From contig CAJQPR010000067.1 of NCBI GenBank assembly GCA_905480255.1, positions 1,061-65,060 on the forward strand: a DNA stretch of 64,000 nt, written 5' to 3'. Made by a program: the position numbers and the translations under genes. This DNA is from an uncultured Woeseiaceae bacterium. Lineage in GTDB: Bacteria > Pseudomonadota > Gammaproteobacteria > Steroidobacterales > Woeseiaceae. The first letter of the stretch is position 1. Every line of letters begins with the position of its first letter. Shown piece after piece: positions 20,451 through 28,784 of the stretch. The notes under the pieces are model-generated. The model saw only the letters and a program-made list of their open reading frames with translations. It did not search any database and was not told the origin of the DNA.

Positions 20451-21584
20451 TCAATGCGCGGGGAGCGCGTCAGGTCCATTGCTGGCAGAAATGTCAGCCG
20501 CGTCAGACGCATTAATTACAGATACCTTCGAGCCGTCTTTCAGGTTGGATTGGCCGACGATCACAATCTCATCGTCGTCCGTCAGGCCCTCAAGTACCTC
20601 GACATTACCGGCCGCCGCGTAGCCAGTCCGGATTACTCGTTTTTCTGCCGTGCTTTCGGTGACGAGAAAAACAGCGGACTGGCCCGCTTCTTCTATGACG
20701 GCGCTCCGTGGAATCTGCAGCGCCATAGCGCGGCTGTCGTAAACAATACCAATTCGTCCGAACATGCCGGGCTTCAGGCGTCGTGACGGGTCTCTGACCT
20801 CAATCGTAATCTTGAACGTTCCGGTATCCGGATCAACAACCGGGCTGATGCGCGCTACATTTGCATCGAAACTCATGCCCTGCAGCGCATCGACTTCGAT
20901 GCTGGCGGCCTGTCCGGGGTCAAGGCGTCGGTACTCCCTCTCGGGAACATGCAGATATGAAATCAGCGGCTCAAGGCTTGTGACCTGGAATGTCCGGGCG
21001 TTGGCGTCGATTGTGTTGCCAATCTTGATGAAGCGCTCGGAAACAACGCCATCAATGGGCGCACGAATGATCGTGTAGCCCAGTTCGAGTTCTGCCAGAT
21101 CGAAAGTGGCCTGTAGTGCTTCCATTTCGTACTGAATCTTTTCGAAGTCACCGGTACTGATTAGCCCTTTTTCTTTGAGATCGACGTTTCTCTGGTAGTC
21201 ACGCTGAAGTTTGTGGAGGTTGGCTTCGGCCTGGTCTTTTTCGAGTCGCAGTCGATCACCGTCCAGGCGGGCAAGAATCTGACCACTGCTAACATCATCA
21301 CCTTCTTCGGCCAGGATCTCGCGAACTTCCCCGCCGACCTTGGCTATCACGGTAGCGTCAGCAAATGCCTCTATTGGCGCTGTACCTGAGTACATTGCGT
21401 CGATGTCACCTCGCGAAGGCTTCGCTGTTTCGACCGGAATCGCCGGTGCTTCGTCTTCAGCGCCTTCGTCCGATTCATCACCCTGACCGCACCCGGACAA
21501 GCCCAGCGTCATCACAGTCATCAGTGTTAGCGTCGGCCAAGCCCGGCCGAACGGCCAGAAAATTTTGTGCTCCCCAATAAACAT
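20451..21584 (-). CDS. RND periplasmic adaptor (MFP) lipoprotein, second of a tandem pair
   Basis: Lipobox LGLSGC with the coiled-coil, lipoyl and beta-barrel layout of the HlyD/AcrA family. Its C-terminal third aligns by eye with the upstream adaptor. Confidence 0.9.
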   Translation of the reverse strand: MFIGEHKIFWPFGRAWPTLTLMTVMTLGLSGCGQGDESDEGAEDEAPAIPVETAKPSRGDIDAMYSGTAPIEAFADATVIAKVGGEVREILAEEGDDVSSGQILARLDGDRLRLEKDQAEANLHKLQRDYQRNVDLKEKGLISTGDFEKIQYEMEALQATFDLAELELGYTIIRAPIDGVVSERFIKIGNTIDANARTFQVTSLEPLISYLHVPEREYRRLDPGQAASIEVDALQGMSFDANVARISPVVDPDTGTFKITIEVRDPSRRLKPGMFGRIGIVYDSRAMALQIPRSAVIEEAGQSAVFLVTESTAEKRVIRTGYAAAGNVEVLEGLTDDDEIVIVGQSNLKDGSKVSVINASDAADISASNGPDALPAH

Positions 21585-21602
21585 GTCTTTGTTCGCTCTT
21601 TA

Positions 21603-22679
21603 TTATCCGGCTAGCGGTGTTACTACCGGGATGCTCGCCAGGACCTTACTGCCATCTCGCAGACTGCCTTGACCGGTCACGACGATCTGGTCTGTCTCGT
21701 CCAGACCGCTCAGAACCTCAATCGCGCCGCCGTCAACGATTCCGGTTTGAATTTCCCGGCGAACTGCAGCACCGCCATCAACGACGTATACGACGGTTTG
21801 ATTGTCTTCTTCTATTACCGCGGCGGCAGGAATAACCAGGGCATCGCTGTGTTTTTCGTAGGCGATATCAAAACGACCAAACATGCCCGGCGCCAATAAA
21901 CCTGACTGGTTATTGACATATGCAGTGGCACGAAATGTTCCGTTCCGGACGTCGATGGTCGGGCTGATGCGAGCAATCGTTGCGACAAATATTTCGTCCG
22001 GCATTGAATCAACACTTATTTCAACTTCGTGCCCGGCAGAAAATTTGGACAGTTCGCTTTGCGGAATCTTCAGGTGGGCGACAAGATTCGTTGTATCAGT
22101 TACCCGAAATGCTGTGTCACCAGAATTGACCTGCTGCCCAAGCTTGATGTCCCGCGATACAACGACGCCGGAGATAGGTGCGCGAACTTTCGTATAGCCG
22201 TAATTCAGCCGCTTCAGTTCGTAGTTTGCGCGTAATGCGTCGACGTCGAATTGCATGGCCTCGAAGGAAGCTGAACTGACGATGCCCCGGTCGTGCAAAC
22301 TGATTGACCGTTCGTACTCCCGAGTAACTTTATTCAGATTGGCTCTGGCCTGTTCCATTTCGAGCCGTAGTCTCTCGCCATCGAGGCGAGCCAGGGTCTG
22401 GCCCTCCACAACGAGATCGCCTTCCTCGACGAAAATCTCAACCACCTCGCCAGCTACCCGAGCAGGGACGGGAGCATCTGCATCCGAAGAGATGGTCGTA
22501 GTGGTGTGGTAGGTCGCGAAGATTTCTGCTTTAACCGGCAATACGACTTCGACTGGCAGTGGGGTAACTATTGCCTGTTCGGTTTCTTCGGCTGTACTTG
22601 CTTCGCCTGTGCCACAGGCTGTGACCAGCCCTGCGACCGCTGATGCGAGTATTGCTATGCCGGTCTTCCTGTAATTCAT
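21603..22679 (-). CDS. RND periplasmic adaptor (MFP) lipoprotein, first of a tandem pair
   Basis: Start moved to MNYRKTGIAILASAVAGLVTAC (ATG 22679, lipobox). HlyD/AcrA-like, and a paralogue of the next gene. Confidence 0.9.
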   Translation of the reverse strand: MNYRKTGIAILASAVAGLVTACGTGEASTAEETEQAIVTPLPVEVVLPVKAEIFATYHTTTTISSDADAPVPARVAGEVVEIFVEEGDLVVEGQTLARLDGERLRLEMEQARANLNKVTREYERSISLHDRGIVSSASFEAMQFDVDALRANYELKRLNYGYTKVRAPISGVVVSRDIKLGQQVNSGDTAFRVTDTTNLVAHLKIPQSELSKFSAGHEVEISVDSMPDEIFVATIARISPTIDVRNGTFRATAYVNNQSGLLAPGMFGRFDIAYEKHSDALVIPAAAVIEEDNQTVVYVVDGGAAVRREIQTGIVDGGAIEVLSGLDETDQIVVTGQGSLRDGSKVLASIPVVTPLAG

Positions 22680-22915
22680 TCTGCTCACCAGTATTCTGCC
22701 TGTTTCAATTAAGTCATTTGGTGTTGTAGTGAAGTATAACACTATATGACTATAACGCAATACCACTTAACATGCTGATTTGTATTGATAAGATTCTAAA
22801 AACCCGGGGCGCTCCGGCCCAAATCCAGCGAAAATCGTCGATAAAATGACGGTTTTCCTGCTCTTTCAACATTTAGATGCTCGGGCGAGCGTTTTGGATT
22901 ATCTGAATTCCTGGT

Positions 22916-22943
22916 GCCGGCCGGAGCGGGCGCCCCGGCCGGC
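22916..22943 (-). terminator. GC-rich stem-loop 7 nt downstream of the RND stop codon (no U-tract)
   Basis: GCCGGCCGG (22916-22924) pairs with CCGGCCGGC (22935-22943) as a perfect 9-bp inverted repeat around a 10-nt loop. It is not followed by a T-run on the transcribed strand, so a terminator role is uncertain. Confidence 0.3.
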
Positions 22944-22950
22944 AATCAGA

Positions 22951-25900
22951 TCAGGAATGGGCCCTGGCGACGCCGCCGGGTGAGCGGTCGCGCCTTGCTG
23001 CCAGCCAGCCCGATATGTTGGCCTGAATCATAAGGAGGCTGGGCGTGAGGAACAGGGTAAGGATGGTAGCGAATGCGAGGCCGCCCGCCACGGATGACGA
23101 CAATTGTGTCCAGTACTGGGTTGAAGGTGCGCCGACCGAGATGTCCCGGTTGATCAGGTCAATATTGACGGCGAAAACCATCGGCATCAGGCCGAGTATT
23201 GTTGTAATCGTTGTCAGCAACACGGGTCTCAATCGAAGCGCGCAGGTTCGAAGAATGGCCTCATAGGCTTCGGCACCACGTTTGCGCAATACATTATAGG
23301 TATCAATGAAGACGATGTTGTTGTTAACGACAATGCCCGCGAGGGTGATTACGCCAACTCCACTCATAACCGTGCCGAATGGTTTGTCCATAATCAAATG
23401 GCCCAGCAAAACGCCGCCGGTCGAAAAGACGACCGCGGTAAGAATAAGAAACGCCTGGAACAGGCTGTTGAACTGAGTGACCAGAATAATCGCCATAACA
23501 GCAACGGCGATTAACATCGCCTTTCCAAGGAATGCCTGAGCTTCATTCTGATCTTCACTGCCGCCACGGAACGCAATACTGACAGTCGGGTCTAGATCGA
23601 GATAGGGCAGCATCTCAACCATTTCCTTGACGACATCACCGTCAAGAATTCCTTCCAATACATCGGCCTCGACTTTCATCGTGCGGCGCATGTCTGTTCG
23701 TTGAATGGTACTAACTTTGTTGGCCGGAACCCGCTTGACGAAGTTGCTGATCGGAACCAGCCCGTTTGGCGTTGGAATTCGAAGATCGTCAATCTGCGAC
23801 AGGCTGCGATCGCCATAGGGATATCGAACGCGGATGTCGATTTCATCCTCCGCATCATCGGGACGATATTCACCGATCTTGATGCCATTGGTCACGAGTT
23901 GAATCATGTTGCCGACGATGGTGATGTCGGCGCCGAAGCGGGCCGCCTCGGCCCGATCGACGTCGATTTGCCATTCGATGCCGGGCAGAGGGCGCGAGTC
24001 GTCGATGTTGTATACACCGTCGATCGTCTCAAGCCCCTCGCGAATGCGTCGCGTCGCGTCAGTCAGGATGGCCGGGAAACGTGAAGACAATTCAATCTGG
24101 ATTGGCTTGCCCTGCTGCGGACCATCCTGCGCTTTGCGCGTCTGGATAGATATTCCTGCAAGGCCAGACGTGCTCTCGCGGATATCAGCGAGAATTTCAT
24201 CGGCAGGACGTCGTTTATCCCACGCGATGAAGTTGAGCGTGATGGAACCAATCAGATCCTCAGCATCGCCCTGGCCGCCGCCACCAGTTTTGGCATACAC
24301 GCTTTCAATTTCGTCGAGACCCAACACGTAGGTTTCAACTTGTTGGACGAGAAAATCTTTTTCTTCAGTGCTCATATCTCCGCGAGCCCGGATTTCGACC
24401 ACCGAGAACTCTGGCTCTATATCTGGAAACAGTTCAACGCCGCGACCAAAGATAAAGAAAGCACTATAAGTGACGAATAGAATCACTGTTACGGCGCCAA
24501 CGTTCAGCCAGGGTCTCGTCAATGAGCTTTTGAGAAACTGAATGTATCTCCCGGTCAGTCCGGACACGGCATTCAGGTCGCCGGTTTCGGAAAGCGTCAG
24601 ATTCCTCTTTGCCTGTTCGCTCATTGCACCTGAAGATCCGAACATCGATCCCAGCGTTGGCACGAATACCAGTGCCATCAATAGCGATGCTGAAAGAACC
24701 GCGATAAGCGTGATCGGCAAATATTTCATAAATTCGCCCATCTCGTTCGGCCAGAAGGCGAGCGGTACAAACGCAGCGAGAGTCGTACAGGTGGAGGCGA
24801 TAATTGGCCAGGCCATGCGGCGCGCTGCACTGGAGTATGCATCGTGACGATCAATGCCCTCGGCCATACGCCGGTCGGCAAGCTCAGTGACCACGATCGC
24901 GCCGTCCACGAGCAGGCCGACGGCCATAATAAGAGCGAACAGCACCATCATATTGATGCTGATACCAAACGAGGCAATCGTAAGAATTCCAAGGAGGAAG
25001 CTACCGGGAATTGCGACGCCGACCAGGCCCGCCGCGCGGATACCCAATATTCCGATGATGATAATGAAAACGAGCAGAACGGCGGATATCACGCTGTTTT
25101 GCAGGTTGGATAGCATCTCGTTAACGTCCTTCGATTTATCGCGCGATGCGACAACTTCGATTCCGGCAGGCCAGCTCTGGCTTTCGTCATCAATTAACGC
25201 TTTGATTTCCTCGACAGTGCCAATGATATTCGCACCGCTGCGTTGCACTACCTCAATGGCCAGGGCCCGGTTGCCGTTCAGCCGGGCGACGCTTTCGGCG
25301 TCCTTGTAAGTTCTGCGAACTTCGGCAACATCGCGGAAGTGAACCACCCGGTCACCGACTGCCTTGATTGGCATTTCGAGAATGTCCTGGGCCGTTTCAA
25401 ATACGCCCGGGACCTTAACCGGAAATCTTCCTTCACTGGTATGCAATGCACCTGCAGCGACCAGGCGATTGTTGCGGTCTACCAGGGTCAGAATCTCGGC
25501 CTGGTCGAGTCCATAGCTTTCCATCGCGCGGGGATCAACGACGACTTCCATCAACTCCTCACGCACGCCAACGAGTGTTACTTCCAGAACACCGGTTACG
25601 CCTTCTATCTTTTCTTTGAGGTCTCGTGCAATCGTCGTCAGGGTGCGCTCAGGCACTTCGCCAGCCAGGTTAAGAACGAGCATGGGATCAAAACGAGAAA
25701 ATTTGACCTCACTGACAGTCGGTTCTTCAGTTTCGCGTGGCAACTTGGCTTTCGCCGCATCGACCTTCGCGCGTGCGTCCTGCAAAGCAACGTCGACATC
25801 AGTGCCGGCGTCAAACTTGATGGTCACGTTTGCGCCGCCTTCGTAGGCATTCGCGGTGAGCTCTTCAATGCCCTCGATAGTTCGTATTTCCTGCTCCATC

Positions 25901-26097
25901 GGTCGGACGAGAAGTCGTTCGGCATCTTCAGGCGATATTCCGTCATGCGTCATGCTGACGTAGATCATCGGAATGTTGATGTCAGGTTCCGCTTCCTTCG
26001 GCACGCCGATATAAGTCATGACACCCGCAACAATAATTACGGCGAGTGACATCACGACTGTGCGCGAACGTCGCATCGCTGTTTCGATTAGTTGCAT
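22951..26097 (-). CDS. RND efflux permease
   Basis: 1048 aa and AcrB-like, with TM4 GLLVDGAIVVTE and TM10 GIVVNNNIVFID. It starts 2 nt after the adaptor gene stop. Confidence 0.92.
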   Translation of the reverse strand: MQLIETAMRRSRTVVMSLAVIIVAGVMTYIGVPKEAEPDINIPMIYVSMTHDGISPEDAERLLVRPMEQEIRTIEGIEELTANAYEGGANVTIKFDAGTDVDVALQDARAKVDAAKAKLPRETEEPTVSEVKFSRFDPMLVLNLAGEVPERTLTTIARDLKEKIEGVTGVLEVTLVGVREELMEVVVDPRAMESYGLDQAEILTLVDRNNRLVAAGALHTSEGRFPVKVPGVFETAQDILEMPIKAVGDRVVHFRDVAEVRRTYKDAESVARLNGNRALAIEVVQRSGANIIGTVEEIKALIDDESQSWPAGIEVVASRDKSKDVNEMLSNLQNSVISAVLLVFIIIIGILGIRAAGLVGVAIPGSFLLGILTIASFGISINMMVLFALIMAVGLLVDGAIVVTELADRRMAEGIDRHDAYSSAARRMAWPIIASTCTTLAAFVPLAFWPNEMGEFMKYLPITLIAVLSASLLMALVFVPTLGSMFGSSGAMSEQAKRNLTLSETGDLNAVSGLTGRYIQFLKSSLTRPWLNVGAVTVILFVTYSAFFIFGRGVELFPDIEPEFSVVEIRARGDMSTEEKDFLVQQVETYVLGLDEIESVYAKTGGGGQGDAEDLIGSITLNFIAWDKRRPADEILADIRESTSGLAGISIQTRKAQDGPQQGKPIQIELSSRFPAILTDATRRIREGLETIDGVYNIDDSRPLPGIEWQIDVDRAEAARFGADITIVGNMIQLVTNGIKIGEYRPDDAEDEIDIRVRYPYGDRSLSQIDDLRIPTPNGLVPISNFVKRVPANKVSTIQRTDMRRTMKVEADVLEGILDGDVVKEMVEMLPYLDLDPTVSIAFRGGSEDQNEAQAFLGKAMLIAVAVMAIILVTQFNSLFQAFLILTAVVFSTGGVLLGHLIMDKPFGTVMSGVGVITLAGIVVNNNIVFIDTYNVLRKRGAEAYEAILRTCALRLRPVLLTTITTILGLMPMVFAVNIDLINRDISVGAPSTQYWTQLSSSVAGGLAFATILTLFLTPSLLMIQANISGWLAARRDRSPGGVARAHS

Positions 26098-26099
26098 GA

Positions 26100-27230
26100 C
26101 TAGTTGCTCTGTTGACCGGCTTTAATGGCAACGGCAGTATCGATCTCTACTTCCGGAACTGTGTTGACAGTTGCACCCGGATTCACGAAGCCCTGGCCAA
26201 CGGTAATTATCGAGGCAGAGTGGGGCAGCCCGGCAATCCAGACGCCTTCATTCGAAGACATTGCAATATCGGCGGGATGAAATTCCACCTGACCCAGATC
26301 ATTAACGATTTTGATACCGAGGTTCCCTTCGTCATCAAGGGTCAACAGTGACGGTGAAATCTTGTGCGCAAAAATTGTCTCGGCGGGAATCATCAGTTGA
26401 GCCGTCATGCCCCCACGGTATGCGCCGCTGGAATTGTCGATCTCGAGTTCAACACCGAACGTTCTTGTCGCTTCGTCGGCGACGGGTGCGACATATCGAA
26501 TGTAACCTTCAACAATTTGTCCGGTTGCGAGTCGAGCGGTACCCGGTGCGCCTTTAACCACATTGTGCGCATCGAATTCAGAAACACTGGCGCTAATAAT
26601 CAGTTTTCTTTCATCAACGAAACTCGCTATAGGATCGCCCGCCTTAACGTAGTCGCCGATCTCAACCATACGGTCCTGCAAAGCGCCATCAAACGGTGCG
26701 CGGATAGCCGTGTGAGCGATGTCCATCTTCGCGCGGGCGAGCTCAGCCTTCGCCATCTCGAGTAGCGCGGCAGCTTCCTGTAACTGCGCCTCGGATACGT
26801 AGCTGTCGTTCATCAGTTTGTCGCGTGCAGCGTATTCAAGTTCGCGCTGTTTTACTGTTGCCTCGGCCTGCGACAGGCGCGCTTGCCGGTCTCGTTCATC
26901 AAGCCGTACAACGATCTCGCCGCGATCCATTCGTTCGCCACGCGCTGCGCCAATAGTCACCACGCGACCATCGGTCTCTGCGTTTAGCTCGACAATTCGG
27001 GCGGGAGCGGACTTTCCGTTGACGGTAATCGTCCGAGTGACCTCTTCGGCGGTCTGGGCTCTTATTCGCACACTCGTGCGAACATCAGTTTCCACGGCCG
27101 AACTTTCAGCAACTACGCTTTCGTCGTTGCTATCAATCATTTTGCCGCTGATAAGCCAGATCGTTATCGCAACCGCGATGCCTGCTGAAGTCAGCCAGGA
27201 TTTGTATTTTTTAATGTTTCCCAAGTTCAT
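26100..27230 (-). CDS. RND periplasmic adaptor (MFP)
   Basis: 376 aa with an N-terminal membrane anchor and the HlyD/AcrA-like coiled-coil and barrel layout. Confidence 0.88.
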   Translation of the reverse strand: MNLGNIKKYKSWLTSAGIAVAITIWLISGKMIDSNDESVVAESSAVETDVRTSVRIRAQTAEEVTRTITVNGKSAPARIVELNAETDGRVVTIGAARGERMDRGEIVVRLDERDRQARLSQAEATVKQRELEYAARDKLMNDSYVSEAQLQEAAALLEMAKAELARAKMDIAHTAIRAPFDGALQDRMVEIGDYVKAGDPIASFVDERKLIISASVSEFDAHNVVKGAPGTARLATGQIVEGYIRYVAPVADEATRTFGVELEIDNSSGAYRGGMTAQLMIPAETIFAHKISPSLLTLDDEGNLGIKIVNDLGQVEFHPADIAMSSNEGVWIAGLPHSASIITVGQGFVNPGATVNTVPEVEIDTAVAIKAGQQSN

Positions 27231-27264
27231 CTCTGTTGTTGCCTGGTAATAGTTGGTTATTCGA

Positions 27265-27816
27265 TTACGAGCCGATTGCCAGTTTGACGTCGACGGGTTT
27301 ATTTTCGGTCAGTACGTCGCGATTGCTTTCGATGTAAGCTTTGAAGGATGCCGCCATGTGTCGTCCGAACCCGGCGACGAACTGCGCGCCCTTCGGAACC
27401 TGATCGCAGTCACAATCCGGAAATTCGTCAATCATTTTCAGGAATCCTTCGATTTCGGAAAGCTTGTTGTCCACAATTGCATCGATCTGTTCGTCTTCCA
27501 TAAGATGCGCGAACCAAATTGTTGCGAGAAATTCCGATCGCACTTTATGAGTCGGTTCCGGATTCGACAGACCTTTCTGGAGTTCCTGCCGGCCTGCGTC
27601 CGTAATGCTGTAAACCTTGCGATCCGGTTTTCCCTCTTGTGGAACATCTTCAAATTCCACCATGCCGTTCCTGGCGAGCGTCGCCAGAGCCGGGTAGATC
27701 GAGCCGTAGCCGGCGGGAAAAAAGTGGCCAAACGACGATTCGAAACACTTTTTCATGTCGTAGCCAGATGCCGGCCCGTCGGTCAGCATTCCCAAACAAA
27801 CTGTTTTTACATCCAT
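27265..27816 (-). CDS. PadR family transcriptional regulator (two-domain type)
   Basis: The N-terminal winged helix (GYDMKKCFESSFGHFFPAGYGSIYPALATLARNGMV) is typical of PadR, followed by a C-terminal helical domain. It is the first gene of the PadR-MFP-RND string. Confidence 0.8.
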   Translation of the reverse strand: MDVKTVCLGMLTDGPASGYDMKKCFESSFGHFFPAGYGSIYPALATLARNGMVEFEDVPQEGKPDRKVYSITDAGRQELQKGLSNPEPTHKVRSEFLATIWFAHLMEDEQIDAIVDNKLSEIEGFLKMIDEFPDCDCDQVPKGAQFVAGFGRHMAASFKAYIESNRDVLTENKPVDVKLAIGS

Positions 27817-27830
27817 CTGAATTCATTCCG

Positions 27831-27879
27831 CCGGACGGTCCGGCCATATATCGGGGCGATGCATACTATCAATTTGATA
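27831..27879 (-). promoter_or_regulatory. Candidate promoter/operator region of the PadR-MFP-RND operon
   Basis: On the minus strand, TTGATA plus 16 nt plus TATATG resembles a sigma70 -35/-10 pair. The -35 sits inside the palindrome TATCA-N3-TGATA (27867-27879). A second perfect 13-bp palindrome, CCGGAC-G-GTCCGG (27831-27843), lies in the leader. Confidence 0.3.
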
Positions 27880-28027
27880 TATAAAAGCCAGTGCAGAATT
27901 GTGAGGTTTTGTAACGATTAGGAATAAGCAATAAAAACAATTACTTATAATTATTCCGAGCGGAAAAAATGGATCAGAAAGGAGGCTTCAGGACCGGCGA
28001 CAGCGCCGGCGAAGCGCAAAAACCCGA

Positions 28028-28762
28028 CTAAACGAGCTTTTTGGCAATGACAACAATCATGCCGTCCATGCTGCTGGTCGCCACAATTTCAAGTCCGAGA
28101 GCCGTGAGTTGCTGGTTGATCTGTCGTGTATCCAGGCGCAACTTCAGATAGTCGCTGACGCTCATTCGCCACTCGTCGTTGATCCGCCGATACAGCAAAT
28201 CATGAACGTGCACGACATCTTCCTGGTAATCCAGAAAGCAGGTAAAGATTTGTTCGTCGTTCGCCCTGATCGGCACGAAGCGATCGGCGCCTTCCGGTTC
28301 GTCACCGACATAGTCGCGAATTGCATAAACAAATAGACCTCCCGGATTTAGAGATTCACAAATATCTCCAATCAGTAGCTCGACGGTTTCGTTGTCCGGA
28401 AGATGAACGAGCGTGTCGCCCATGCAGACAATCAGATCGGCGGGGTCAGACATATGACTGCGAAAATTGGCAATATCATCACAGACCCGGCGTACCGGGA
28501 GGTCGCCGGCATGCTCGCCCAGTTCGTCAAGTAAGTCCTGACAGAAATCGATGGCCAGAACCTCGTAACCCAGTTCAGCAACGGGCAAAGACTGGCAGCC
28601 TGGACCGCATCCAAGATCTACGGCGATCGCGTTTTCAGCGGGAGTCAGATCAAGCGAGGCAAAAAAGGCCGCGTTTTTTTCACGGGCATTGTCGAAGTCT
28701 CCGAGAATCCAGGAATAGACAGATCCAAGAAAACTGTCGTAGTGATCCTTTACGGTCTCCAC
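28028..28762 (-). CDS. Class I SAM-dependent methyltransferase
   Basis: Motif I VDLGCGPGCQS and the downstream acidic-loop pattern of the Rossmann-fold methyltransferase. Confidence 0.8.
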   Translation of the reverse strand: METVKDHYDSFLGSVYSWILGDFDNAREKNAAFFASLDLTPAENAIAVDLGCGPGCQSLPVAELGYEVLAIDFCQDLLDELGEHAGDLPVRRVCDDIANFRSHMSDPADLIVCMGDTLVHLPDNETVELLIGDICESLNPGGLFVYAIRDYVGDEPEGADRFVPIRANDEQIFTCFLDYQEDVVHVHDLLYRRINDEWRMSVSDYLKLRLDTRQINQQLTALGLEIVATSSMDGMIVVIAKKLV

Positions 28763-28784
28763 GTCGATTCACCCTTACGATTGT

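Noticed and set aside
20764-22197. Two 104-aa antisense ORFs (20764-21078 and 21883-22197) at equivalent positions in the two tandem adaptor genes. Both start MPG and end GAR..V.
   Set aside because: The resemblance is a by-product of the paralogy of the sense-strand MFP genes, not evidence of a conserved antisense gene.
27994-28009. Hairpin CCGGCG-ACAG-CGCCGG, 18 nt downstream of the methyltransferase stop, considered as a rho-independent terminator.
   Set aside because: The stem is only 6-7 bp, and the T-run on the transcribed strand begins about 25 nt after the stem. It is too weak to call.
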